Source of the DNA: Sedimentisphaeraceae bacterium JB056
GTDB lineage: Bacteria; Planctomycetota; Phycisphaerae; Sedimentisphaerales; Sedimentisphaeraceae
NCBI GenBank assembly: GCA_044440125.1
Contig: JBITAJ010000032.1
Coordinates: forward strand, 1 to 62,015
DNA: 62,015 nt
Direction: 5' to 3'
Below the pieces are notes generated by a model. That model made no database searches. It worked only from the letters and a program-made list of their open reading frames with translations, and was not told where the DNA came from. The first letter of the stretch is position 1. Each line of letters begins with the position of its first letter. Positions 1 through 9,504 of this stretch are shown one piece after another. The translations under genes and the position numbers were made by a program.

Positions 1-128
1 CCATGTGCATAATAAATAAAAAACAATAGCAATATACTGGTCATCGACAAACAAACAGGAATTACAAAATATGCTCCAGTAAAATAGCAGCAAATTTTTC
101 TAATCATATTCACAACACGAAATTCCAT
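1..128 (-). CDS. Possible N-terminus of a membrane/secreted protein running off the window edge
   Basis: Manual translation from ATG at 128 gives MEFRVVNMIRKICCYFTGAYFVIPVCLSMTSILLLFFIYYAH..., open to the edge with a hydrophobic stretch. Confidence 0.35.
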   Translation of the reverse strand, partial: MEFRVVNMIRKICCYFTGAYFVIPVCLSMTSILLLFFIYYAH

Positions 129-272
129 TTAAAATTACAAAACTTCCCCATTAAAATTTATCAGACCGCCGTCTAAAATCAAAACGCCAAACAACAAGCG
201 ATAGCGACAATACCAGATGCAACTAAGGTAATTAAAGGGGTCAAAGGTAATTAAAGGCGGTAATTAAAGGGG

Positions 273-965
273 TCAGGTCTCTTTTTTGCTCTCATTTCTC
301 GGCCTTCCCCGTTTGTTTATCGTTGACTGCAAGTCTAAAGCTTTTGCCGTTGCCTTTTTCCATTCCTCATCTCCCAATGGCGTGCCGCGTTTTAATGATT
401 GATTTATCGCATCGATATCCGCTTGCGGCATATCCGAATGCACGATTTTTGCCCACCGCCGTGGCGACGACATTTCCGGTAAATCAGTCAGCTCAAATGG
501 CCTGTCCTCTCGCTTATTGCCCACATGGTAGTCGTAGCTGCTCCACGGATAATCTCCCGCGTTATCGACAATCTCCGCCGCCAGCGGATTGGCTTCTATG
601 TATTTAAGCACCTTTATCAAATGGTAATCAGCCTGCACTGGAAAACTCTTGAACCTGCCTTGATACAAATGCCCGGTGCCAGCTGTGCCGTGGGAATAGT
701 GGTGCCGCATCGTATGAGTTACAGTGAGCCACTGCATAAACGCCGACAAATCGCCATCCTCATACGGCCGGAGCAGCAGATGCCAATGATTGCTCATGAT
801 GCAATAGCCGAAAATCCGCATCGCAATACGTTCCTGAGCTTCGCCAAGTATTTTTTCAAAGGCAAGAAAATCATCACGCTTCTTGAAAATACGAAGCCGA
901 CCATTGCTGCGGTTAATGACGTGATAATAATATCCGCCAAGTGTTTTGCGTTTAGTACGTGGCAT
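273..965 (-). CDS. REP-associated tyrosine transposase-like HUH endonuclease (Y1_Tnp)
   Basis: Motifs YHVINR.N, CIMSNHWHLL (HUH), QGRFKS, YIEANP (catalytic Tyr), YPWSSY, C-terminal RGRPR. The ATG at 965 (MPRTKR) is the typical start. Confidence 0.9.
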   Translation of the reverse strand: MPRTKRKTLGGYYYHVINRSNGRLRIFKKRDDFLAFEKILGEAQERIAMRIFGYCIMSNHWHLLLRPYEDGDLSAFMQWLTVTHTMRHHYSHGTAGTGHLYQGRFKSFPVQADYHLIKVLKYIEANPLAAEIVDNAGDYPWSSYDYHVGNKREDRPFELTDLPEMSSPRRWAKIVHSDMPQADIDAINQSLKRGTPLGDEEWKKATAKALDLQSTINKRGRPRNESKKET

Positions 966-973
966 AATAAACC

Positions 974-1002
974 AATATACAACAAGAGGCAAGCTAAGTC
1001 AA
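974..1002 (-). promoter_or_regulatory. sigma70-like promoter of the transposase
   Basis: TTGACT (1002-997), 17-bp spacer, TATATT (979-974), 8 nt before the ATG; abuts the right TIR. Confidence 0.6.
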
Positions 1003-1133
1003 CAAAAAAAAGACCTGACCCCTTTAATTCTTTCAAATGGTGCTTGAAAACGGAATCGATAATATTAATATAGTAGCATCTTTAACGGCAGGCAAAATTT
1101 TTCGTCTTTTTAAGACTTTTAAGGTATTTTCCA

Positions 1134-2135
1134 ATGAGCAAAGGTTTCAACAACATAACAATAATAGGCGACGGTGCAATGGGTACCGTCTGCGGAGTTC
1201 TGTTCAACTCAAACGGGTTGAATGTCAAGATCTGGGGATACGACCCAAAAGAGATCCAAGAATTCATAAGTGCCGGCGAAAACACTCGTTATCTTCCCGG
1301 CTACAAGCTTGACAAGGCAATCAAGTTCACTTCTGATGACGATTGCATGTCACAGGCCGACTTAATCGTTTCCGCCGTACCATGCCAATTTGTCCGCAGA
1401 GTGTGGCAAAGACTCAAACCTTTTGTACCCGCAGGCATCCCAATCGTATCTATCACAAAGGGCATTGAAAACGATACGCTCAAGCTGCCGACCCAGATAA
1501 TCGACTCCGTGCTTCAGGATAGCAGGGAATACGCAACCCTTTCAGGGCCGAATATCTCCGATGAGCTTATACGCAAGCTTCCGGCGACCGCCTGCGTAGC
1601 ATGCGAAAACATAGAGCTGGCCGAAAAACTGCAGCATACCTTCAACACATCATGGTTCAGGGTATATTCCACTGATGATATAATCGGCGTTCAGCTCGCG
1701 GGAGCTTTGAAAAACGTAATCGCAATCGCCGCCGGAATCATTGACGGCATCGGCGCCGGAGACAACGCCAAGGCCGCCCTTCTTGCACGAGGACTGGCAG
1801 AAATCGCACGTCTTGGCGGCGTTATGGGTGCCAATGAACATACCTTCGCCGGACTAACCGGCCTGGGCGATCTGGTAACAACCTGCATCTCACCAACCGG
1901 CCGAAACAGAAGTTTTGGTGAAAACATAGGCAAAGGTATGGATACTAAAACCGCGATTGGCAAAACCAACAGCGTTGTTGAAGGCGTAACCACCTGCCGT
2001 TCCGTTATTGAACTTGCGAAAAAAGAGAAAGTGGAAATGCCGATAGCCCAGGCTGTTTACGATATCATTGAAGGCATCAAAAGTGTGGATGAAGCACTTA
2101 AAGACTTGATGACAAGAGACTTAAAGCAGGAATAG
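1134..2135 (+). CDS. gpsA: NAD(P)H-dependent glycerol-3-phosphate dehydrogenase
   Basis: GDGAMG Rossmann motif, ITKGIE, LSGPN, GALKNVIAIAAG, GLGDLVTTC, GRNRSFG. Confidence 0.96.
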   Translation: MSKGFNNITIIGDGAMGTVCGVLFNSNGLNVKIWGYDPKEIQEFISAGENTRYLPGYKLDKAIKFTSDDDCMSQADLIVSAVPCQFVRRVWQRLKPFVPAGIPIVSITKGIENDTLKLPTQIIDSVLQDSREYATLSGPNISDELIRKLPATACVACENIELAEKLQHTFNTSWFRVYSTDDIIGVQLAGALKNVIAIAAGIIDGIGAGDNAKAALLARGLAEIARLGGVMGANEHTFAGLTGLGDLVTTCISPTGRNRSFGENIGKGMDTKTAIGKTNSVVEGVTTCRSVIELAKKEKVEMPIAQAVYDIIEGIKSVDEALKDLMTRDLKQE

Positions 2136-2141
2136 ACGAGC

Positions 2142-2816
2142 TTGAAAAAGATCATAACCATCGACGGCCCTGCCGGAAGCGGCAAGAGCACCGTTGCAAA
2201 AATATTAGCGGAGAAACTGGGATACAGCTTTCTTGATACCGGAGCAATGTATCGTGCGGTAACATTTGCCGCAATGGATAAAAACATCGATTTTGATGAC
2301 GAAACATCACTCAAAGAGATACTAAGCGAAAGCAGTTTTGAATTTTCAGACAACGATGGAACCTTGTCCGCAACTTTAAACGGAAAAGACATAACATCGC
2401 AGATACGTCAGAGAAACGTCACAAACAATGTAAGCAAAATAGCTCCGCTTGGCTTCGTTCGCGATAAATTGGTCGCGATGCAGCGAGATTTTGCTGAAAA
2501 AGCCGAAAAGGTAGTGACAGAAGGCCGCGATCAGGGCACGGTCGTATTCCCGGATGCAATGGTTAAAATTTTCCTGACAGCAGACGTTGGCGAACGCGCA
2601 CAGCGAAGGCACAAGGAAATGACAGAAAAAGGCATCGATGTCGACATTGAAGATATCAAAAAGGACATAGAGCAGCGGGACAAAAACGACATGGAACGCA
2701 AGATCGCCCCATTGCGTAAAGCCGAAGATGCCTTTGAAGTCGACACAACCGGACTGGATATTGAAGGCGTTGTAAGAAAATTACTTGAAGTTGTCAGTCG
2801 TCAAAAAACGGCATAG
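2142..2816 (+). CDS. cmk: Cytidylate kinase
   Basis: IDGPAGSGKST P-loop, LDTGAMYRA, EGRDQGTVVFPDA. Confidence 0.96.
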   Translation: MKKIITIDGPAGSGKSTVAKILAEKLGYSFLDTGAMYRAVTFAAMDKNIDFDDETSLKEILSESSFEFSDNDGTLSATLNGKDITSQIRQRNVTNNVSKIAPLGFVRDKLVAMQRDFAEKAEKVVTEGRDQGTVVFPDAMVKIFLTADVGERAQRRHKEMTEKGIDVDIEDIKKDIEQRDKNDMERKIAPLRKAEDAFEVDTTGLDIEGVVRKLLEVVSRQKTA

Positions 2817-2855
2817 ATACTCAATAAAGTAAAGTATTGCCGGGGAGCATAAAGA

Positions 2856-3515
2856 TTGAATCATAAGACAAACAAACTGTATAGAGTAGTAAAATTCGTA
2901 ACGACTCTTGGAACAAGATTATGTTTCAGGGTAAAGGTAATAGGTTCGGAAAATTATCCCAAAGAGGGCCCATTCCTCTTGTTATCCAACCACCAGAGCT
3001 ACTTCGACCCGGTTCTTTCTACAATGAGTACCAAACGCGAGCTCTGCTTTATGGCAAGAGACACGCTTTTCAAAAACAAACACTTTGGCTCAATGATCAC
3101 CTCTTTGAACGCGATACCGCTTAAAAGAGGCGAAAGCGACATAACCGCCATGCGTGCAATACTCGAACGACTCAAAAAAGGCTACGGCATCTGCCTGTAT
3201 CCCGAAGGCACAAGAACACCCAACGGTCATATCGCACACGTCAAACCGGGCTTCAGCCTTCTAAGTCGCCGCGGCAATGCACCTGTAGTACCGGTGGTTA
3301 TCGATGGTATGTATGAAGCGTGGCCTAAGACGAGAAAATTCCCGAAGCTGGGAATGAAACTTATCGTCAAAGTAGGTAAGCCTATCACCCCCGAAGAGAT
3401 CAAAGCTCTCGGTGACAGGGATTTCTCTGAGAAACTGACAAATATATTGCGTCAGATGCAGTCGGAAATACGCCCGCTTTGCGGCAGAGAACCGCTCGAC
3501 TATCCGGAAGTATAA
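2856..3515 (+). CDS. plsC: 1-acyl-sn-glycerol-3-phosphate acyltransferase
   Basis: NHQSYFD (HX4D) and YPEGTRT motifs; follows cmk. Confidence 0.9.
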   Translation: MNHKTNKLYRVVKFVTTLGTRLCFRVKVIGSENYPKEGPFLLLSNHQSYFDPVLSTMSTKRELCFMARDTLFKNKHFGSMITSLNAIPLKRGESDITAMRAILERLKKGYGICLYPEGTRTPNGHIAHVKPGFSLLSRRGNAPVVPVVIDGMYEAWPKTRKFPKLGMKLIVKVGKPITPEEIKALGDRDFSEKLTNILRQMQSEIRPLCGREPLDYPEV

Positions 3516-3544
3516 AGTCTTTCTAATGTTGTAGATACAGGATT

Positions 3545-4552
3545 TTACGATCCGTTTTTAGGCAAAAGCTCGAATGTAACCTTAGGCCATTCCTTGTCAC
3601 GAAGCGGCTCAATCTTATTCTGACGCACTGCCTGGCTTGGGAAATTATAGATTATCTCCTTCGTAACCGGCAGCGGCTTACCTTGAGAGTCGGTTTTAAC
3701 ATCCGTCTCCTGCAACTCAACCAGAATATGATAATTCGACTCTTTATAGGCCTTGAAAGCATCCTCTGTTGCCATGAATTGCAGAGTATTGAGGCTGTCG
3801 CTTTTCTCTATTATCTTAACCTGGTATTTATCCGCGATATTCTGATTATACACAAACCCGATTCTCGGACCCGATAACGCACAGGCCGTCTTGGCCGCAC
3901 TCTCGTCGGAACCGGTAACAGTAACAGGTTTTTCGCTATAGATGAACCTCTGAGGATCGATCTCGACATACGGAGTCGCAGTTACCGCCTTAGTGCCAAG
4001 CTCTGCGATTTGGTTAGGGCTAAGTTTCACGAACGCCGTGAGCCTGTCGCCGCTCCAGTAATCCCGAACCGGCATATCAACAAACGACGGCTCAATGCTC
4101 ACATTATCAATAATAAGGTTGTGCTCATCTATGCAGATAACCTTAACTTGTTTATTCACAAGCTTTTCTTCGAGAACCTCAACTGTTGCAGGACGGCAGT
4201 TTTCAACCGTCAGACCAAGTTTTTTGAGCTTGTCATACTTATCCAGAAGCGACATAAGAGGATATTGATACTCTTGTTTATCCATATTCTCCGGCGGCGA
4301 GAAAAATATCTCTAAAGGCTCGTTATCACGCCTAAGATCCTCTATTCGAGTCGATGGCCCCTTAATATCAAGGTATATCTCAACTGATTCCCCACCATTG
4401 AGAGAAACGAGGGTATCCTTGCTCAGTCCGGGAGAAATCCGCAGCGTGGCAAGCTTGTTGTTAAGCATGCTGTCGCCTGAGAGATCGGCCCACACCCAGA
4501 TAAGAGCCGTAAGAATGAATATGATCAGTGTTTTCTTTATCTTTGTCGCCAT
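3545..4552 (-). CDS. CdaR/YbbR-like membrane-anchored regulator of diadenylate cyclase
   Basis: One N-terminal TM (LTALIWVWAD), beta-rich ectodomain with the YbbR-like segment IKGPS; TGATG coupling to the cdaA stop. Confidence 0.65.
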   Translation of the reverse strand: MATKIKKTLIIFILTALIWVWADLSGDSMLNNKLATLRISPGLSKDTLVSLNGGESVEIYLDIKGPSTRIEDLRRDNEPLEIFFSPPENMDKQEYQYPLMSLLDKYDKLKKLGLTVENCRPATVEVLEEKLVNKQVKVICIDEHNLIIDNVSIEPSFVDMPVRDYWSGDRLTAFVKLSPNQIAELGTKAVTATPYVEIDPQRFIYSEKPVTVTGSDESAAKTACALSGPRIGFVYNQNIADKYQVKIIEKSDSLNTLQFMATEDAFKAYKESNYHILVELQETDVKTDSQGKPLPVTKEIIYNFPSQAVRQNKIEPLRDKEWPKVTFELLPKNGS

Positions 4553-5406
4553 CACTCCTCCTTCTCATCTTTCATATCAGCATGATCCTGCTGAATCTTA
4601 CCCATACTCGGAGTGTCTTTGACCGCTTTCGAAAGGAAAGCACGTAACATTTGAGGCGAGATTTTTCTGTTGAGCTTGCCGTCAGTAGCAACGGAAATTA
4701 TTCCTGTTTCTTCACTTACAACAATAACTGTCGCGTCAGTGGTCAACGAAATACCGATAGCCGCCCTGTGCCTGGAACCAAGCTCAACAAGCTCCACCGA
4801 TCCCCTTTCTGCCAAAGGAAGCTGAACACCGGCAGCGACTATTCTGTCGCCACGGATAACAACCGCCATATCGTGAAGCGGGGTCCCCTCATAGAAGATT
4901 GTTTCAAGAAGCTGGCTCGTAATCTCCGCATCGATTTTAACGCCGGTCTCGATATACTCTTTAAGGCCGATTTGCTCTTCGATCACAATGATCGCGCCAA
5001 CACGGCCAAGAGACATATGTTCAACAGAATCAACGATCTGATCAACCGCCATCGCAAGACGGCGGTTCGAACTGCCGACAAAGCCGGTCTGCCCGATACG
5101 TATCAACGCACGTCGCAACTCAGGCTGAAAGGCGGCAACTGCCATTATCAAAACGGCTAAAAGGAAACCGTTGTACAGATATTCGATTCGCTCAAAATTG
5201 AATTGCTCGACAACAAGTTTAAGGACAAGGAAACCAATGACAAGAATGAAGAACACGCCGCGAAACAGCCTTGCCCCGCGGGTTCCCTCAAGGAAATTTA
5301 TAACCCACCAAACAACCATACCTATCATGAAAAGCTCTATTGCTACTTTCAGAGGGTTGTTTGACAGAATTCGCTCAAAATAAAAAACTATCGGGCTAAA
5401 ATCCAT
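4552..5406 (-). CDS. cdaA: Membrane diadenylate cyclase CdaA/DacA
   Basis: Three TMs, FQPELRRAL, TPLHDMA (DGA variant), LGSRHRAAIG, VVSEETG. Confidence 0.92.
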   Translation of the reverse strand: MDFSPIVFYFERILSNNPLKVAIELFMIGMVVWWVINFLEGTRGARLFRGVFFILVIGFLVLKLVVEQFNFERIEYLYNGFLLAVLIMAVAAFQPELRRALIRIGQTGFVGSSNRRLAMAVDQIVDSVEHMSLGRVGAIIVIEEQIGLKEYIETGVKIDAEITSQLLETIFYEGTPLHDMAVVIRGDRIVAAGVQLPLAERGSVELVELGSRHRAAIGISLTTDATVIVVSEETGIISVATDGKLNRKISPQMLRAFLSKAVKDTPSMGKIQQDHADMKDEKEE

Positions 5407-5491
5407 CTTCTATGTCCTGTTTCCCCTTAAAACCATACCGCAAGACCAGCTCAAAACCGATCGTTAACTGCGGCAATATACCCCGTTGTCC

Positions 5492-5695
5492 TTAGCGAGT
5501 GTATTTTTCGCTAAGACGTGAAGGTCTGTCCGAATGGAACAGAGTATTAAGATCGTCATTAAGCTGCTTAGTTCCAACTTCAGCAACATTCCGTTGCTGC
5601 CTGTTAACTTCCGCACTGGTCTGACCGGTGCCGGCTCCGCAACCGCTTAATACAACAGTCATAGCAACAGCCAATATGCAGATAATCTTCTTCAT
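5492..5695 (-). CDS. Small lipoprotein
   Basis: Lipobox LSG-C after a signal peptide; GAGG SD; C-terminal DRPSRLS. Confidence 0.75.
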   Translation of the reverse strand: MKKIICILAVAMTVVLSGCGAGTGQTSAEVNRQQRNVAEVGTKQLNDDLNTLFHSDRPSRLSEKYTR

Positions 5696-6000
5696 TTATT
5701 ACCTCAAATCAATATAGTCTATATTTATAATAACAATAATAGTTGATGTTTACATCGCTGTGGAAAGTTTAGCATTCTATGCCAATGATGTCAACGACAA
5801 ACTTATACATATACGTCACTTGTGCGCGCCGGAGCGACAATTTCTCCAAAAATTATAAATTTTTATAATATTCCGCCGCAGACAACCGATAATTATCAAC
5901 CCAACTTACACCTAATGCCTAATCCCTGTTTAAAATTGCTATTTAATCACCATTCCATTATACTCATAGATGTTAGCACTAAAACAGCAATAAAGGACAG

Positions 6001-6107
6001 GGATTTAGAAATTAGAAGAATTAGTGAGTGGACTGGGAGAGTCCGTTAAAATGGTGAGCATAGCAAACTCCATCATTCTTAATTCGCAATTCCTAATTCG
6101 TAATTCT
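6001..6107. repeat. Inverted heptamer-repeat element
   Basis: TAATTCG/CAATTCC/TAATTCG/TAATTCT (6080-6107) faces GGATTTA/GAAATTA/AGAATTA (6001-6023), with small internal hairpins. Confidence 0.6.
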
Positions 6108-6143
6108 TAGCTTGTGGCAAAACCCACGTTAGGAGTAAATATT

Positions 6144-7130
6144 ATGAGTAGTAAAATTAGATGGCTCGTTCTCGGTTGCGGCGGCATTGCACGCAAGTTT
6201 ATATCGGATATGCCGTTTGTCAAAGATGGTATCGTAAACGCTGTTGCCTCCCGCACCACTGAAAAGGCAGCCGCCTTTGCCGCCGAGTATTCGATTGAAA
6301 AACATTACGGCAGCTACGCCGAAGGCATAAACGACCCCGATATTGATGCCGTCTATATCGCAACACCCCACCCAATGCACCTTGAAGATGCTCTGATGTG
6401 CATAGAGGCAGGCAAAGCCGTATTATGTGAAAAACCGCTCACCGTCAACAGCACCCAGGCCGCAGAAATAATAGCCGCCGCCCGCGAAAAGAATGTGTTC
6501 CTCATGGAAGCAATGTGGACCAGATTCGTGCCGGCAACTCAGAAATTCACAAAGCTCATTGAAGATGGAGCGATAGGCAAAGTTGTAAGCGCAAATATCA
6601 ATTTCGGGTTCTTCTTAGACGTCCCCGACACTCACCGCATCTTCAACCCCGACCTCGGCGGCGGTGCCCTGCTCGATATCGGCATATATGCGGCATCAAT
6701 GGCGTCACTGATATTTAAATCACAACCGCAAAGCATTACAAGCAAAGCAATTATGCACAAAACCGGCGTAGATATAAACGACTCGATAACATTCGATTAC
6801 GGCGACAACCGGCTCGCTTCAATACAGATTAGCTGCTCATCAATGATGCCGGTCGAAGCAACTGTCAGCGGCACAGAGGGCTACATAAAACTTTGCCGAC
6901 CGTTTTACTGCTCGGAAAAAATCGAAGTCAGAAACGGCGATAATGTAAGTATTTATGAGATACCCACACGCGGCGAAGGCTACTGCTGCCAGATCCAGCA
7001 CGTATGTGAATGCATTAAAGCTGGAAAAAAAGAAAGCAAAATTATGCCCTTGGACGAAACCCTCCAAATAATGCGGACATTAGACAAAACCCGCACCCAA
7101 TGGAACCTAACCTACCCCTGCGAGGTATAA
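6144..7130 (+). CDS. Gfo/Idh/MocA family oxidoreductase
   Basis: GCGGIA, YIATPHPMH, CEKP, EAMWTRF, GGGALLDIGIY; AGGAG SD at 6131. Confidence 0.92.
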   Translation: MSSKIRWLVLGCGGIARKFISDMPFVKDGIVNAVASRTTEKAAAFAAEYSIEKHYGSYAEGINDPDIDAVYIATPHPMHLEDALMCIEAGKAVLCEKPLTVNSTQAAEIIAAAREKNVFLMEAMWTRFVPATQKFTKLIEDGAIGKVVSANINFGFFLDVPDTHRIFNPDLGGGALLDIGIYAASMASLIFKSQPQSITSKAIMHKTGVDINDSITFDYGDNRLASIQISCSSMMPVEATVSGTEGYIKLCRPFYCSEKIEVRNGDNVSIYEIPTRGEGYCCQIQHVCECIKAGKKESKIMPLDETLQIMRTLDKTRTQWNLTYPCEV

Positions 7131-7190
7131 AAAAACGCCCCAATTTCTGAATTGTCAGGAACGGGGCATTACAACTAATAACTGAAATAA

Positions 7191-8201
7191 TCAATTCTCC
7201 TCAAGCAATTTATATAGTTCTTTTTGCAATTGTTCTTTATCTGGCATGTAAAGTTGATACTTACTCACAAACAACTGATTACTGATATTATCCGTTGCGT
7301 ATTCTACTAAAATGTGATCTTTATATGCACCTAAAACAATACCTATAGGCGGATTATCATCGGGCATATTTTCTTCTTTTGAAAAATAATTCAGATAAAG
7401 ATTCATTTGACCAATATCATTATGCTCTATTTCGCCCTGTTTAAGATCAATAAGCACAAAACATTTTAGTATTCTATGGTAAAATACTAAATCCACATAA
7501 AAATGTCTATTGGCAAGACTGATTTTATATTGACGTCCGATAAAGGCGAAGCCCTTGCCAAGTTCAAGAAGGAATTTTTCAAGATTTTGAATCAGCTTTT
7601 CTTCAAGTTCGCTTTCTGCATATTTCTGCTGAAGCGGAATACCCAAAAACTCAAACACATAAGGGTCTTTTAGTATATCTTGAGCATCTTGAATATTGCT
7701 GCCATTTTCAGACAATTCCAAAACACCCTTTCTATCTTTGCTCAGAGCTAAACGGTGAAAAAGCATGCTTTTCATCTGACGTTTAAGCTCACGCACGCTC
7801 CAGTTTTCCTTCTCGCATTGTTTTACGTAAAAACTTATCTCTAATTCATCATCAGCTTTGAGTATCTCAAAATAATGACTCCAACTCAAATGGTGAGACA
7901 GTGTCTCACTAATTGGAAATAAAAGATATAACTTCCTTATGTAAATTAAGTTAGAACGACTGAAACCCTTCCCAAATCTTAATGTGAGATCTTTAGATAA
8001 TCTATCCAACAGCTCACTGCCGTATTGAGATTTTTCACTGCCGCCCTGCTCAAATTCAACAATATATTTACCTATCTCCCAATAAGTTTCAAGAAGAATA
8101 TTATTTACGGCACGCCCTGCTCTTTTTCTGCCCAAAGCAAGAAGATCACCGATATGCTCAACTAATCCTCTGTAAGCTCCATTTTCCATCTCTCTAACCA
8201 T
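7191..8201 (-). CDS. YhcG/DUF1016 family PD-(D/E)XK nuclease-domain protein
   Basis: YWEIG, LSWSHY, WSVREL, KDPYVFEFL, FLLELGKGFAF, DLVFYHR..LIDLK, GQMNLY, PPIGIVL. Confidence 0.93.
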   Translation of the reverse strand: MVREMENGAYRGLVEHIGDLLALGRKRAGRAVNNILLETYWEIGKYIVEFEQGGSEKSQYGSELLDRLSKDLTLRFGKGFSRSNLIYIRKLYLLFPISETLSHHLSWSHYFEILKADDELEISFYVKQCEKENWSVRELKRQMKSMLFHRLALSKDRKGVLELSENGSNIQDAQDILKDPYVFEFLGIPLQQKYAESELEEKLIQNLEKFLLELGKGFAFIGRQYKISLANRHFYVDLVFYHRILKCFVLIDLKQGEIEHNDIGQMNLYLNYFSKEENMPDDNPPIGIVLGAYKDHILVEYATDNISNQLFVSKYQLYMPDKEQLQKELYKLLEEN

Positions 8202-8401
8202 TACAATAAACCTTCCTGAGTATCATTCCTCCAAGGATAACTGTTAACTCAATTTATCAACCATCAATAATATACCCAGTCAATAAAACATCAAGCAAAA
8301 ATTGTCTGTTGATTTACGTTTTTCTGCGGATATACTATGTTTAGTTTGGTAGGCAGGAAAAGTTATTTAAGCAATATTATAAGATATTATCAGGATTTAC
8401 G

Positions 8402-9400
8402 ATGGCAAACAAAATTTATGATTGTATTATAATCGGAGCCGGCCCTGCCGGTCTTGGAGCAGCACTGTACGCGGCAAGAGACAAATTTTCAACTCTTGTT
8501 ATAGAAAAATTCTTCCCCGGCGGACAGATCAACAACACAGAACGCATCGACAACTATCCAGGCATGCCAGGCATCGGAGGTCAGGAACTTGTAGGCAAGA
8601 TGCTTGAGCAGGTTCAGAGCTTCGGCCCTGATATGCAGATGGGCAGAGGAGTCGAGAGTATCGAAAAACTCGAAGACGGCAACTTTCAGGTCAATACGAG
8701 AAAAACAAGCCATATCGGAAAATGCATAATACTTGCCCCCGGAAGCGGTTACAGAAAACTCGGCGTTCCCGGAGAAGATGAATTCAGAAATGCTGGCGCA
8801 GGCGTAAGCTACTGCGGCACATGCGATGCACCTTTCTTCAAAGACAAAAAGGTCTTGGCGGTAGGCGGCGGCAACACGGCAATCGAAGAGACATTGCACC
8901 TCGCAAAATTCGCCAGCGAAATCACTCTGGTTCACCGCAGGGATGAATTCAGGGCTACAAAAGTTCTCGCTGACGAATTGAAAGAAAAAATGGCCCAAGA
9001 GGGTTCCAATATAAACGTCAAGTATGATACCGTACTAAAATCAATCCATGGCGACGGCAAGGTAGAGCGTGCGGTACTGGAAAACGTCAAGACCGGCGAA
9101 CATGAAGACTTTGAGTGCGACGGCGTATTCGTATTTGTAGGCATGGTACCCAATACAGGCTTTCTCAAGGATTTCGTAGAGCTCGACAATGCCGGATTCA
9201 TTAAATGTGAGCCTTCATGCCTAAGAACCGGCATTCCGGGCGTATTCGTGGCCGGTGATTGCAGAGTAGGCGCGGCAATGCAGCTTGCAACAGCAATCTC
9301 TGACGGAATAGTATGCTCATTAATGATGAAGAACTATCTCCGTGACAAATCCTGGTGGAATCAACCAGTAAACGGACTTCTAACTCTCGAAAGCTGGTAA
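8402..9400 (+). CDS. trxB: Thioredoxin reductase
   Basis: GAGPAG, GVSYCGTCD (CxxC), GGGNTA, HRRDEFRA, FVAGD. Confidence 0.92.
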   Translation: MANKIYDCIIIGAGPAGLGAALYAARDKFSTLVIEKFFPGGQINNTERIDNYPGMPGIGGQELVGKMLEQVQSFGPDMQMGRGVESIEKLEDGNFQVNTRKTSHIGKCIILAPGSGYRKLGVPGEDEFRNAGAGVSYCGTCDAPFFKDKKVLAVGGGNTAIEETLHLAKFASEITLVHRRDEFRATKVLADELKEKMAQEGSNINVKYDTVLKSIHGDGKVERAVLENVKTGEHEDFECDGVFVFVGMVPNTGFLKDFVELDNAGFIKCEPSCLRTGIPGVFVAGDCRVGAAMQLATAISDGIVCSLMMKNYLRDKSWWNQPVNGLLTLESW

Positions 9401-9497
9401 AAATCAGCTGTCAGCGATAAGCTATCAGCAATTTAAAAGTGTTGGCGAAGCCGTATTCTCTACTCGCTGCGAACTGCGAACTAATCGCTAATAATTA
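9401..9497. repeat. Heptamer-repeat element with a GGCGAAGCC core
   Basis: AAATCAG CTGTCAG CGATAAG CTATCAG (9401-9428), mini-hairpin 9444-9452, CTCGCTG CGAACTG CGAACTA ATCGCTA (9463-9490). Confidence 0.6.
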
Positions 9498-9504
9498 ATT
9501 AAAA

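Larger units (their letters stand above)
227..1029. mobile_element. TIR-flanked HUH (Y1) transposase element
   Basis: 27-bp inverted repeats with 1 mismatch (262-288 and 1003-1029, core AATTAAAGGGGTCAGGTCT) enclose one RAYT-like gene. Extra partial copies of the left end at 227-243 and 246-257. Confidence 0.7.

Noticed and set aside
525..1073. 182-aa plus-strand ORF
   Set aside because: Antisense to the HUH transposase, which carries all the family motifs
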